Positions 7,399-17,193 of a stretch of 28,461 bases of DNA are shown here, piece after piece. How positions within the stretch are numbered: position 1 is the stretch's first letter; every line of letters starts with the position of its first letter. The translations under genes and the position numbers were made by a program. This DNA comes from a virus (taxonomy: Duplodnaviria > Caudoviricetes): the IMG/VR virus record IMGVR_UViG_3300032225_000468, positions 1-28,461 of that record. One strand, 5' to 3'. The notes below the pieces were generated by a model. That model was not told where the DNA came from. It did no database searches and was given only the letters and a program-made list of their open reading frames with translations.

Positions 7399-9758
7399 TA
7401 TCCCACCGCCATCCATAGACTGCTATTTGCAGCCGTTGGGGTTATTCCCGTAATACTCGAATACATCGAAGTCTGACCAGTTCCGACGGTACATCCGCGC
7501 TGATCTAACTTGCCCGATGATGGAGTAGGGCAGTTCGAGTTGACCTGCGCGGTTGGGGCATTAGAAAGTTTGCCAAGAATGGGTGCCACGGGAGAGCCAC
7601 CAGTACCGGCATACCAGAGGAATCCAATCATGTAGTTGCCGGGTTGAATTGTGTAGGTGCTAGATAATGACCATCCGGTTAGACCCGTAACACCGATGAA
7701 TCCTGAGCTCACTTGGTTTCCGGTTTGCGCCAAGAGTGTTCCTGCGGTGCTATAAATCCCAAGGCCGTAAAAGGCTCCCGAAGCACCGGCACTAGCACCA
7801 GTTGTCTGCCAGACCCAGATTGTGCTGAGGGTCATGGCGTAAGGGATGGAGATAGCCGCGAAAACATGAACTCCGCTGGTAGTCGTATAAGTGTTACTCG
7901 TATATACGGTCGTGGAAGCAGGGTCGGATGTCCATGCCTTCATCTGAACGATATTTGTATGGATACCTGAGTTAGGTACCGTTGGACCTTGACTTGCTTG
8001 TAGAGCGTCAGTAGATGCACCCGGCAGGGCGAGGCCGGTGATACGGCTAGACCCCATAGCGATAGCGCCAGACATCGTTCCACCGGACTTGGGTAGAGCT
8101 GCGGCCGCTAGGTCGTAGGCAGTCTTAACTGAGTTAGGCGTAGCGGCAGTGGTAGTCGACGTGCTCGAGGTTGAGTCGTTAAGTTGGACTGCGCCCTTAA
8201 CTGATGTCGTGCCGTCCGCGATTGTTAGAGTGCGGTTTGCGCTTAGATCGCCACCACCAGAAAGTGGAGCGGTAGTTGAAATCGTTATGGCGCTATTTGC
8301 CTTGACCGAGACTTGACCGAAAGCAGCCGCATCCGTCGAGGCCGTACCATCGGCGAGGCCCGTAATCTTTTTGGCGTTCATTGGCAGGTTCGCGGCAGGT
8401 GCACCGAACTTGTCTAGGGTTACGTCGCCATAGTTGACCATGTCGCCGATGTCGTTGGTGGAGGTGCATATCCAGCGGTTAGCCACGTTGTCAAAGACGA
8501 AGAGATAGATACCCTTCGGCGAGACGGTGTAAGAAATGCCAGCGCCGTAGTTGTTACCAGCGATTAGCAGTGGGTAGGTTCCACCCTTGATTGAGATGTT
8601 GTTGTTGTTGTCGTTGATTATGCCGAAGGTTGAACCGCCTACCGCTGATGTGGGCAGAGTGATTAAAACTCCGGTGGAGCCTCCGGTCGTAATGATGATT
8701 TCACCGATAGCGGCCGTAGTCGAAGAACCCGTCGATCGTACGTTCTGGCTCTCGGTAGGGGCCCAGTTGCCAGGGGTTCCGGCCGCGATGCAGACCCAGA
8801 TAGTCGCGGTCTGGTCGATGATGAAGTCGCCAACTACGAAGGTGCCCGAGGTGGGAGCGCCTGACGTAGTTCCACCGACGTAGCGTGAAGCCGCCGTCGC
8901 ACCGGTTAGGCCGGTTGCCTTAAAGTCCGTGGCCGTGACCTCACTTGAGAACGTGGCCGCAGTGCCGTTGAGCGTACCGGTGAGGGTGCCACCAGTGAGG
9001 GCAAGTCGGTTGACCGCCAGAGTTGGATTGGGATACGTTCCCGTTAGGTCGCCACCGGCTGATCCTGATGGGGGAAGCGTTGATGGGGTTCCTGAGAGCT
9101 GCGAGTAGGGGACTGTCCCGACTTTGACGGTAGGTGCCGTTCCAGTTCCGGCGACCGTGATAGTTCCATCGGCCGCGGTAACGGAGGCCACCTTGGAATT
9201 GGCGGTTGACTGAGCCGTAGCGGCATTAGTTACCGCTGTGTTGGCCGTAGTCTGAGCAGTTGCCGCATTAGTGACGGCCGTGTTCGCGGTTGATTGAGCA
9301 GCGGCCGCATTGGTTACTCCGGTGTTCGCCGTAGTCTGCGCTGTATTTGCCGTTGAGAGGGCGCTAGAAGCCGTTGTAGAGGCCGTAGTAGCCGTCGCTT
9401 GGAGATTAACCCAGTCCGTGGCAGTATCGACAGGGAAGACGTTTAACTTCGAGGACGATCCTGCGGCGTGAGCCTTCGCCGTGGTGCCATCGAATCCCCG
9501 AGTAGCGAAAGTGATGACACCGGTCGAGGGGTTGAGTGAGGTGCACTTTACGGTTTCTTCGGTAGCGAGGCCGTAGTCCAACTTGATACAGAACGAGCCG
9601 CTAGTCCCCAGGGGCTGCGAAGTCTTAGCACCCGTTGAGTCGACTTCGACCCACTCGGTTAGATCGCTGAACGTAGCGGTCATGGCCGATGAGCTGATGG
9701 CTGAGACTAGGTAGGTGGGAGGGCATCCACCGCCGAATGAGTTACTCGCATATGCCAT
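7398..9758 (-). CDS. Tail fibre / receptor-binding protein
   Basis: Thr/Ala/Gly-rich; 14-aa coiled-coil repeats; AGGDLTGTYPNPT; TTSVKGAVQL...AATPNSVKTAYD fibre repeat; LPKSGGTMSG. Confidence 0.9.
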   Translation of the reverse strand: MAYASNSFGGGCPPTYLVSAISSSAMTATFSDLTEWVEVDSTGAKTSQPLGTSGSFCIKLDYGLATEETVKCTSLNPSTGVITFATRGFDGTTAKAHAAGSSSKLNVFPVDTATDWVNLQATATTASTTASSALSTANTAQTTANTGVTNAAAAQSTANTAVTNAATAQTTANTAVTNAATAQSTANSKVASVTAADGTITVAGTGTAPTVKVGTVPYSQLSGTPSTLPPSGSAGGDLTGTYPNPTLAVNRLALTGGTLTGTLNGTAATFSSEVTATDFKATGLTGATAASRYVGGTTSGAPTSGTFVVGDFIIDQTATIWVCIAAGTPGNWAPTESQNVRSTGSSTTAAIGEIIITTGGSTGVLITLPTSAVGGSTFGIINDNNNNISIKGGTYPLLIAGNNYGAGISYTVSPKGIYLFVFDNVANRWICTSTNDIGDMVNYGDVTLDKFGAPAANLPMNAKKITGLADGTASTDAAAFGQVSVKANSAITISTTAPLSGGGDLSANRTLTIADGTTSVKGAVQLNDSTSSTSTTTAATPNSVKTAYDLAAAALPKSGGTMSGAIAMGSSRITGLALPGASTDALQASQGPTVPNSGIHTNIVQMKAWTSDPASTTVYTSNTYTTTSGVHVFAAISIPYAMTLSTIWVWQTTGASAGASGAFYGLGIYSTAGTLLAQTGNQVSSGFIGVTGLTGWSLSSTYTIQPGNYMIGFLWYAGTGGSPVAPILGKLSNAPTAQVNSNCPTPSSGKLDQRGCTVGTGQTSMYSSITGITPTAANSSLWMAVG

Positions 9759-9767
9759 TAGGGCTCC

Positions 9768-10046
9768 TTATTGGTCGACTTCGCCAAGCGCGGCATGAAA
9801 TCCGAGATGGCGTTCGATTTTGGTGTCCAGTTGCCGGACCGACTTCCATATCTGGTCGACGGTGTCTTTCATCGACGCGCCGCCATTGTTATTTACCTGG
9901 TATTGGATGGAGTCGAGACGCGCCATCACCTGGGCCTCACGGGCCACGCGCTCATCATGCGCCTTGCGTCCGTTGAGAAAGAACGTGATGATAACCGTTA
10001 CACCAACGATGGCGGAGATAACGGAGGTGATGGTCGCGAGAATCAT
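9768..10046 (-). CDS. Single-TM plus coiled-coil lysis-cassette protein
   Basis: N-terminal TM, NNGGASMKD motif, adjacent to the lysin. Confidence 0.7.
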   Translation of the reverse strand: MILATITSVISAIVGVTVIITFFLNGRKAHDERVAREAQVMARLDSIQYQVNNNGGASMKDTVDQIWKSVRQLDTKIERHLGFHAALGEVDQ

Positions 10047-10513
10047 TATTTAGGAGGCTCGTTGCTGGGCCACTTTTGCGTGGTGTCGTAGCGGTAAAAG
10101 CGAGCCGGTCTTCCATCTGCGCTCACCTTGCAGAATGAAGGATCGCCTTCCTGACCCATCGAGGCGGTCAGTGGGTCGAATCCAGCGCCAACGATTAGAG
10201 CTGCATGGTCGCCAGTTCCAGCGCCGTAGATCACAATGTCACCGGGGCGAGCCATGACCTTAGAGATGCGCTTACCGTTAGCGATGAGGGTTCCGGTGTA
10301 GCCACGTCCGTTGTAGTGAAATGCAGTTCCGTGGGGGTCCCCAGCACCAGACTGCCGGTAGCACCAGGAGACGAATGTCGAGCAGTCCATCGTCATATTG
10401 TCAGTTACCGCGTATGAGACGGGGCGAATCTGCGCGTAGTGAAACTTCTTGTGATTCTTAATGGCCCACAGGCCCCATTGGGCGATGAGCTCGCGAACAT
10501 CCTTATTAGCCAT
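10046..10513 (-). CDS. NlpC/P60 cysteine peptidase (probable endolysin)
   Basis: HY.Q.RP...DCSTFV...PGDIVIYG...HAAL. Confidence 0.85.
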   Translation of the reverse strand: MANKDVRELIAQWGLWAIKNHKKFHYAQIRPVSYAVTDNMTMDCSTFVSWCYRQSGAGDPHGTAFHYNGRGYTGTLIANGKRISKVMARPGDIVIYGAGTGDHAALIVGAGFDPLTASMGQEGDPSFCKVSADGRPARFYRYDTTQKWPSNEPPK

Positions 10514-11562
10514 TAGTTCATGCCGATCGCGTTGATGAAAGTGTCGATATTGCGGTTGCCGACTGAGACCTTGAGGTCTACCTTGACGGTCGTTGACGTG
10601 CTCGAGCCAGTCGTTAGAAACCGAGTGGCCGTCACTTGACCCTGAAAGTTTGCCGCGATTGTGCCGGTGTAGGTGTACGACGTTCCACCGACCGTAAGTT
10701 TTACGGTGAGTTGACAGCTTGAGGTGTCCGTGTCAGTGACGTGAGAGGTAAAGACGATTTGGTATTGAGTTGATCCAGTCAGAACTACGGAGGCCGAAGT
10801 CGTGGTAAATGTCGTGCCCACTGTTGGATTGTTATAAAAGCCGGTAAAAATCTGGGGGGGTGGGGTACCGACAATGAGGTTAGATGGATCGATGGTCAGG
10901 TAGTCACCGACATCGAACGACGTTCCGAGGCGAGCAGTGGGGATGATTCCGCTGGTGATGGTTGCAGCGTTGATGTTATTGGGGGCCGCTTCCTTCCAGG
11001 CTGAACCGTTCCATACTTCGAGGACCTGGTTAGTAGTTGACCAGCCAAGGCGGCCAAGGGTTGGTGAGGTAGGGCGCTGGTCCGTGGTCCATATGCCTAC
11101 GCCGTGGCTTAGGCAGTTACGCGTGTCCGTGACGTTGCTGGGGGCGATTGAGGTGGCGAGTGCCGGCACTCGAACTCGACCAATCTCGATTTCGTAGATG
11201 CCGGTCGTGGTCTGAGTCAAAGCTGGGGCCGAAGGGGATGCAGCTGGAGTACCCGTCAGGACGGCCTGAACAATCGTATTAGCCGATGGATCGAGGCGCA
11301 GGATGATGAGGTCGATTCGAGGGTTGCTGCTTGAGGCGCTGACGGTATTAGTTACTACCGCATCCGACCAGTACATGAAACCGCGCACGATGGCGAAGCC
11401 AGCGGCCGTCTGTACCGTCATGGTGCCACCGGGAGCAGTTACCTGGAGCGCGGTGTCGTTAGGGAATCCAGCCACGCCGGAGGTCTTTAGGCGGTCGAAT
11501 AGGTATGAGTACTGCGTCTCAGTAGTGTCTACATTCTCAAACGGCCATGAAGTTTGCGTCAT
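10513..11562 (-). CDS. Minor tail / baseplate protein
   Basis: SWPF...G.A.V.G...NPRIDLIILRLD...P.LTQ...YEI...DTR. Confidence 0.85.
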   Translation of the reverse strand: MTQTSWPFENVDTTETQYSYLFDRLKTSGVAGFPNDTALQVTAPGGTMTVQTAAGFAIVRGFMYWSDAVVTNTVSASSSNPRIDLIILRLDPSANTIVQAVLTGTPAASPSAPALTQTTTGIYEIEIGRVRVPALATSIAPSNVTDTRNCLSHGVGIWTTDQRPTSPTLGRLGWSTTNQVLEVWNGSAWKEAAPNNINAATITSGIIPTARLGTSFDVGDYLTIDPSNLIVGTPPPQIFTGFYNNPTVGTTFTTTSASVVLTGSTQYQIVFTSHVTDTDTSSCQLTVKLTVGGTSYTYTGTIAANFQGQVTATRFLTTGSSTSTTVKVDLKVSVGNRNIDTFINAIGMN

Positions 11563-11563
11563 T

Positions 11564-12079
11564 TTAGGCTCCTAAATATTCGACGACGAAGTTAAACGGG
11601 GTGCTAGTTTGCGCGGCGAGAGTCCGAGCAGAGCCCGAATCCTGAAAGACCATTAGGTCTAGCGTATCGTTCGCCAACAATCTTACCGAAGTAATAGAAA
11701 CCGCTAGTCGGGTTGATACCACGGCCTGCAAGGCAACGGCAGTTAGGTCGACCAGAGTTCCCCCAGCGTTTTTGGTGATGGTCAGGAATCGACGGTTTGT
11801 TGCGTTCGTATCCCACCGAACATTTCCCCAGACCGCATAGCGCCCAGCTGTGCTTACGGTCACTCGACCGAGGGAATGGGTGAATATGCCACCCAGATTC
11901 TCTACGATTGTCCAGGCCGTTGATCCAGTTGCATTACCGACCGTGGTAGCCGTACCAACATTAGCGATGGACTGCGCTGAGGTCGTGTTCACTAGCTCAA
12001 TCCGGCCTAGCGTGACGTTGCCCGCTACCGGTGCTGGAGCATTGCGCTCAAGGTTAGAGATCCGTTGTTCTAGGTTCAT
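11564..12079 (-). CDS. Minor tail protein (short coiled coil plus C1q/TNF-like beta domain)
   Basis: LEQRISNLE...VTVSTAGRYAV...L.ANDTLDLMVFQDSG. Confidence 0.7.
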   Translation of the reverse strand: MNLEQRISNLERNAPAPVAGNVTLGRIELVNTTSAQSIANVGTATTVGNATGSTAWTIVENLGGIFTHSLGRVTVSTAGRYAVWGNVRWDTNATNRRFLTITKNAGGTLVDLTAVALQAVVSTRLAVSITSVRLLANDTLDLMVFQDSGSARTLAAQTSTPFNFVVEYLGA

Positions 12080-13170
12080 GCGATTAGCGCCTGGGGATAG
12101 CCAACGGTAGCGATGATTCGCACGCCGTCAGATTCGATGGAGATGCCCACTTCCTGAACGATCTGAGTGATGGTATCGGAGTTCACTACTACGGCCACAG
12201 TGTCACCAAGGTTCCAGTCCAGTTGATAGCGCATAGTGTCGATGTCCCTTGGAGTGACTGAAATGGCTGAGATCGTAAAGCCATTTTCGTTAAGGACTGA
12301 GGTGCCGATGTCCGTCAGGTTCGCGGTGTCGTCGCTCGAGCGACCGTCAACGAACTGCTCTATTCGCCGTCCCCAGGTTGATTCTGCAGCTGTGGAGTTA
12401 GAGGTCGTGACCTCTACCAGAGTGCGGTCGGCTCCCTCACCCTGACCGGCCACGATGGCTCGGGTCACTCCGGGGGCGGTGTAGGTATATTCAGATGATT
12501 CGAGCCGGTTATTGGCGATGTCCATCCTGATAGCCGCTGAGAGGTCCTGTGGCTGAAAAACGGTGAAAACTAGGTTAGTCCCAACCTGCACAATCTCAAA
12601 GCCTATGCGGTCAATCTGAGCCAGTTTGCGAGCAATCTGACCGAGGCTCTCGAAACGCGCATCGATACCTACCGTTGATCCGAAGATGGTGTCTGCCGTG
12701 AGGATGAGGTTTGTTATCTTTCGTGCGGCTGGTGCGCTGGGGCCGATGTTCCGGTCAATGAACCCATAAATCACCGTCGAGTTACGGCCACCGCGTGAGT
12801 CATATTCGTTAGTTTGTGCGTTAGCCGCATGAGCCGGGTCAGGATACGCCAGCCGTTCATTGAGGATCACGGTGTCGTCCACGCCGCTTATCTCCCATAC
12901 GCCTACGGGGTCATCCTGAGATTGCTTTAGAGTGGCCGAAGTGGTGGGGCCGGAGATAATGGTTCCGGCTGGGCCCGTCACGATGATGCCAGCGCCACCG
13001 GCTCGGAGTAGAGCTGCGATTGGTGAGTCCCCACGGAGCGAGATATTCCAAGCACCAACATTGTTAAATCGAAGGATGAATTTAGCCCCCACTAGATCGG
13101 CGGCCGTTATCATGCCTACCCGAGCGTAACTAGAGTTCCTAACTTCGACGATGAGTTCGCTGAGCTGCAC
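12076..13170 (-). CDS. Baseplate hub protein (ReqiPepy6 Gp37-like)
   Basis: RFNNVGAW...AIVAGQGEG..R...RRIEQFVD.R...DWNLGDTV; follows Dit. Confidence 0.85.
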   Translation of the reverse strand: MQLSELIVEVRNSSYARVGMITAADLVGAKFILRFNNVGAWNISLRGDSPIAALLRAGGAGIIVTGPAGTIISGPTTSATLKQSQDDPVGVWEISGVDDTVILNERLAYPDPAHAANAQTNEYDSRGGRNSTVIYGFIDRNIGPSAPAARKITNLILTADTIFGSTVGIDARFESLGQIARKLAQIDRIGFEIVQVGTNLVFTVFQPQDLSAAIRMDIANNRLESSEYTYTAPGVTRAIVAGQGEGADRTLVEVTTSNSTAAESTWGRRIEQFVDGRSSDDTANLTDIGTSVLNENGFTISAISVTPRDIDTMRYQLDWNLGDTVAVVVNSDTITQIVQEVGISIESDGVRIIATVGYPQALIA

Positions 13171-14027
13171 TAGTGCAGGACCTCACGCCTCGACGAGAAC
13201 GTGCCCGTGACCTTGGTATCCGATGTAGCGCCGGTGACTGAGACCGTGAGGGTCTGGTCGCCAGGTGGGATAGAGAACAGTTTGGGCGCGGTGCCTAGGC
13301 CGGAGTACCGGTTGGCGCCGGTCTGGTCTTTGACCGTTCCGGCTTCGCAGTCGATGGTGATGGTCGTGGCCGATGTAATCGTGTCATTAAAGGTAAAGCC
13401 AACTCCGTTAAGTGAGATGGTGGTGAGGGTCGACGGCCCCTTGATAGTCCATACTGCCGGAGCGTTGACATCTCCAGTATTCGTAACCGTAACGGTACCG
13501 AAAGCCTGCGAGGACTTGACCCGGAGAAAGGCCAGCGACTTTGGGGATGAGCCAGCGAGCAGTCCTCGAGTGGCAGAGCTCGAGACGATAGAGACGGAGA
13601 ATGGCGCGGTAGATTGCCAGAAAGGCTGGGGGGCTTGGAGCGCTAGGTCCCATTGGCAGAAGTGGTCCGCACCCGTTGATCCGAACTGAGTCTCGCCGCC
13701 ACCGGCTAGATAAACATCTAGCGTCCAGGTTTCATCGTTCTCGTAGGTGATTGCGAGAGTGGCCTTATCCCGAAGGATGTAGGAGAGCCGCCGGAGTTTG
13801 ATTTCGGTCTCTTCGCGTGAGTCCCCCAGAATCATTAGGGGAAGGTTGATTTCTCGTACGTCACGCCTGGAGAATCTAAAGGTTCCACCGTTTGAGGCGC
13901 TGGGGTCGATTCGCAGAATGGGCGATGGGATACCAAAGCCACGAAGTCCTATTTGGGGGACGTAGTTATCATCATCGAATGCGATGGTATCGCCGTTGGT
14001 ACCGGTCAGGGTCATTGAAAGTGCCAT
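13170..14027 (-). CDS. Distal tail protein (Dit)
   Basis: Immediately after TMP; APQPFW, NTGDV.A.P.WTI.GP, IPPG. Confidence 0.85.
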   Translation of the reverse strand: MALSMTLTGTNGDTIAFDDDNYVPQIGLRGFGIPSPILRIDPSASNGGTFRFSRRDVREINLPLMILGDSREETEIKLRRLSYILRDKATLAITYENDETWTLDVYLAGGGETQFGSTGADHFCQWDLALQAPQPFWQSTAPFSVSIVSSSATRGLLAGSSPKSLAFLRVKSSQAFGTVTVTNTGDVNAPAVWTIKGPSTLTTISLNGVGFTFNDTITSATTITIDCEAGTVKDQTGANRYSGLGTAPKLFSIPPGDQTLTVSVTGATSDTKVTGTFSSRREVLH

Positions 14028-15574
14028 TACTTGAACGCATTCGGGCTAATGATAGCCATAGATTTCTTTAATTCTGCGTGAGCGTTGAGCGAGTTATTCG
14101 GCGCGGCGTTATAGATCAGCGTGTTACCGGTGCCAGTGCCACGGTGCTGAGCCTGCTGAGCACCAGTCGTAGCGGCTGGGGTTACGAGCTGCGGCGTTAG
14201 GGGATTATTAGTCGAGGTTAGGCCGCCTTCGATGTTGCCGATGGTACCGATGGTCTTGATGTCCGTGTGACCAGGAATCAGATTCCATGCGCGAATGAAG
14301 ATGTTGATTCCGTGAATCATGAGATTTAGGCCATCTATAAAAACGTTAGCGAAGTCAATGGCTAGTCCCTTAATGAACTCGAAGCCTAGTTTCACGCCAT
14401 CTACGAAGTGCTGAAAGATTGCCTTACCCGTCTTGGTCTTAGTGAAGAAAAGGACTAGTGCGGCGATTAAGGCCCCGATTGCTACCACAATCACGCCGAT
14501 TGGATTAGCGGTTATTGCCACACCGAATAGAACGAACTCACCCGTAGCGACTGCGGTGACGAGGTTGACGATTGCCATGATCCCTGCATATAACTTCAGG
14601 CCAGCCACGAACGCGAGGATCCCAGCAACTATGGGTAGGAGAAAATCCTTGTAGGTAATGACGAATCCTATAAAGCCTTTAATCGCATCGAAGACGGGGT
14701 TGAGGGCGGTCTTGCCTTCCTTGAATCGATCGATGAAATCCTTGATGTACGGGATTAACTTTGTCGAGATGTAATCACCGATCTTGTTAAAGGCCGGTAG
14801 CAGGGCGAGTCCGAGAGTTTCCTTGACCTGATTAAAACCCTGAGTTATTTTGTCGGAGGCCGTCACACCAGCAGCGGCCGTTCCGCCGACCTGAGTCTCG
14901 ATGGCACCTAGGACCATGTTCTGTGCATCAAGTAGTTTCCCCGATTTGACCAGGTTCTCAATCTTGATTTTCTCTTGCTCGGTGAAAGTTACGCCGGATC
15001 GCGCTAGGGCGGTAATTCCCTTTACGGGGTCCTGAAGGGCTTTACCAAGTTGCACCGCGTTAGTTTCAGCGGACCCGAAGCCAGCGGCTGCTAGGTCCTG
15101 AGCTGCGAGGCTCGCACGATCGAACATTCCACCGGCAGTTCCAGCAGTCTTAGCCAGGTTGGCGAAGGTGAGCAACTTAAGTTGAGTGGACTTAATCGTG
15201 TCATCGTCGATTCCAAGTTGGAGTTGCTGAGTTCCCGATAGGTCCTCGAGGCGCTTAGCAACATCTCCGGCATGGTCTCCGAATAGACCCATCGATTTCG
15301 TGACATTCTCGAGTTTGCGGTTCGATGAGACTTCGGCCTCACCGGCGGCTATTAGATCTTTAGTGAAGTTAGCGACAGCGCCGCCAACGACAGCGCCTAG
15401 AAAGACGTTTTTAATCTTGGAGATAGATGACCCGAAGCCCTTGGAGAAGTTGTCGCCAGAGCTGCGCCCGAGGCCGCCCATCTTTGTGCCAATACCCTTA
15501 TCGAACTCCGACTCGAAGCCTTTAAATGAGGGGACGATGGTGACGTAGGCCGTTGCCAGAGCTCTTTCAGCCAT
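14027..15574 (-). CDS. Tape measure protein (515 aa)
   Basis: LATAYVTIVPS N-terminus; QLGKALQDP..GITAL.R.G; ANPIGVIV. Confidence 0.92.
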   Translation of the reverse strand: MAERALATAYVTIVPSFKGFESEFDKGIGTKMGGLGRSSGDNFSKGFGSSISKIKNVFLGAVVGGAVANFTKDLIAAGEAEVSSNRKLENVTKSMGLFGDHAGDVAKRLEDLSGTQQLQLGIDDDTIKSTQLKLLTFANLAKTAGTAGGMFDRASLAAQDLAAAGFGSAETNAVQLGKALQDPVKGITALARSGVTFTEQEKIKIENLVKSGKLLDAQNMVLGAIETQVGGTAAAGVTASDKITQGFNQVKETLGLALLPAFNKIGDYISTKLIPYIKDFIDRFKEGKTALNPVFDAIKGFIGFVITYKDFLLPIVAGILAFVAGLKLYAGIMAIVNLVTAVATGEFVLFGVAITANPIGVIVVAIGALIAALVLFFTKTKTGKAIFQHFVDGVKLGFEFIKGLAIDFANVFIDGLNLMIHGINIFIRAWNLIPGHTDIKTIGTIGNIEGGLTSTNNPLTPQLVTPAATTGAQQAQHRGTGTGNTLIYNAAPNNSLNAHAELKKSMAIISPNAFK

Positions 15575-15947
15575 TCGTCTGCCTTTCAGGGTTCATCTTA
15601 CGAAGTGCCGCTTCGACCGCCTCCCTAGACATGGGCTTCGGTTTATCAGCGTTATCCCACGGAGCCGGGTATCCAGGCGGTTCTGATTCGGAGTTGACTT
15701 TCGCCGTAAGGTCGAATAGGTGCTTTAGCACGATCCACTCGAAACTAACGGGGAATGACCACCCTTCCTCTGACGCGTGAACGAAGGACGTTGGATTCCT
15801 TCTCATCATAGCAATCAGGTCGATTGCCTCTCGGTAGGGGACTGAGTGACCTAGGTCGTTAATCGAGATTTGGAGAAAGTGCCGAAGGTCGTAACTGAGT
15901 TCGGGTCGGGCTCTTTCGATTAGATCGAAGAGCCAGAGGATTCCCCC
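15567..15947 (-). CDS. Tail assembly chaperone, -1 frameshift extension (gpT-like)
   Basis: Entered at GGGGGAA; reads GILWLFDL...YDL...PW. Confidence 0.8.
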   Translation of the reverse strand, partial: GGILWLFDLIERARPELSYDLRHFLQISINDLGHSVPYREAIDLIAMMRRNPTSFVHASEEGWSFPVSFEWIVLKHLFDLTAKVNSESEPPGYPAPWDNADKPKPMSREAVEAALRKMNPERQTNG

Positions 15948-16216
15948 AGGGATGCCCCTTGCATCCATTCGGTAAAGAGACTGCCTAGCTCTTCCATCGT
16001 GAGTTTGTCGCAGAGGCTCATCTCTTCCGAATCCTCACCGAAGATACCCTCGAGCAGACCGAAGAACTGGTCGACCGCATCCTCCATTTTGCGAGTGCGG
16101 CGAATGACTCCCGAAGGAATCGCGGTCGGGTGGGGGAGACTTAGTTTCCCTGCCGAGGTCTTAAAGGTCACAGGGCCAGCGGCCAACTTGTGATCCTGAG
16201 TTTCTTTCTTATCCAT
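15920..16216 (-). CDS. Tail assembly chaperone (gpG-like)
   Basis: Between the major tail and TMP genes; ends W...SLGES. Confidence 0.85.
   Translation of the reverse strand: MDKKETQDHKLAAGPVTFKTSAGKLSLPHPTAIPSGVIRRTRKMEDAVDQFFGLLEGIFGEDSEEMSLCDKLTMEELGSLFTEWMQGASLGESSGSSI
15941..15947 (-). other. Programmed -1 ribosomal frameshift site G GGG GAA
   Basis: CTG GGG GAA TCC (LGES) near the end of the chaperone; the -1 frame is open to the TMP start. Confidence 0.85.
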
Positions 16217-16226
16217 CTTTGGCTCC

Positions 16227-16259
16227 TACTCCGGGTGCATGAACTTTACACCCGGAGTA
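16227..16259 (-). terminator. Strong hairpin between the major tail and chaperone genes
   Basis: TACTCCGGGTG...CACCCGGAGTA 11-bp inverted repeat, no U tract, abuts the RBS. Confidence 0.5.
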
Positions 16260-16270
16260 TTAGCCGGAGA

Positions 16271-16795
16271 TTAACTAATCGAGGAGAAGAAAACGTCCGC
16301 GGCGCGACCAGCGGTGACGTAGGCCGAGATGGTTACGCCGAAAGAAAGGGCTTCGCCGTTCTTGATATTGAGGGGCTCAATCTTCATTACTTCACCGACG
16401 GGGATGTAGTGACGAACGATTTTGCTGCCGTCGACCATGTCGATAACGAAGGACTGCTTACCGCCAGTAGTACCAGGGGACCAAGTGACCTTATTCGAGG
16501 CTGGAGCCGTACCGAAGTACTGAGTGGCGACAGCTGCGGTCATCTCGAGAAGGGTGAACTTGTAGGAGAGGTCTGATTCTGTAACGACTTCGCGAACGAG
16601 GTCAGCGTTCTGCCATGAACGAATCTGAGCCGTATTACGGCTAGGGGTGACTACGACTCCGTCCGAGTGGACGTAACCGAGATCGGTGAAGCCGGTGAGG
16701 GCTGAGCTAGCGGAGGTGGGAGCGGTAGCGGAGGTCGCAGCGGCATAGACCGTTCCTGAGATTCCGACTACTACGTTTCCGGCGGTTAGTGCCAT
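16271..16795 (-). CDS. Major tail protein
   Basis: APT...GF.DLGY...DGV...I..WQ...VR...FTLLE. Confidence 0.92.
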   Translation of the reverse strand: MALTAGNVVVGISGTVYAAATSATAPTSASSALTGFTDLGYVHSDGVVVTPSRNTAQIRSWQNADLVREVVTESDLSYKFTLLEMTAAVATQYFGTAPASNKVTWSPGTTGGKQSFVIDMVDGSKIVRHYIPVGEVMKIEPLNIKNGEALSFGVTISAYVTAGRAADVFFSSIS

Positions 16796-16809
16796 GTTGG
16801 TTCCTTTAG

Positions 16810-17193
16810 TTAGATGTCTGTGGCCTTAACCACAACTTCAGCGGATAGTGACCGGCGCTCTTGGCCTGAATCGTCACCGAGACGAACGGGGCCAGTTTGA
16901 ACCGTAACGTGCTTGATATTCGTTCCCGTGGCTCGCCTTACTAGGGACTCGACTTTATAGGCGAGGTCCGAAGCGGTGGCGTAGTCATTGGCATAAATGT
17001 CAATTACGACCTGTCCGTATCGTAGCATTAGTTCGGTTTCAGCCCCTAGCGTGGCTGAGATGACGACTTGCTTAGCCGGTTCTGTTTTGGCCGCTGGGAG
17101 TTTCATCGTTCCCACTCGGACCGAAGCATCGGCGAGTCCAGCCACGATGTAGGCGACTAGATCCTTTTCGATGTCGTTGTACTTGATGGGCAT
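16810..17193 (-). CDS. Tail terminator
   Basis: Position; IDIYA...A.DLA. Confidence 0.75.
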   Translation of the reverse strand: MPIKYNDIEKDLVAYIVAGLADASVRVGTMKLPAAKTEPAKQVVISATLGAETELMLRYGQVVIDIYANDYATASDLAYKVESLVRRATGTNIKHVTVQTGPVRLGDDSGQERRSLSAEVVVKATDI

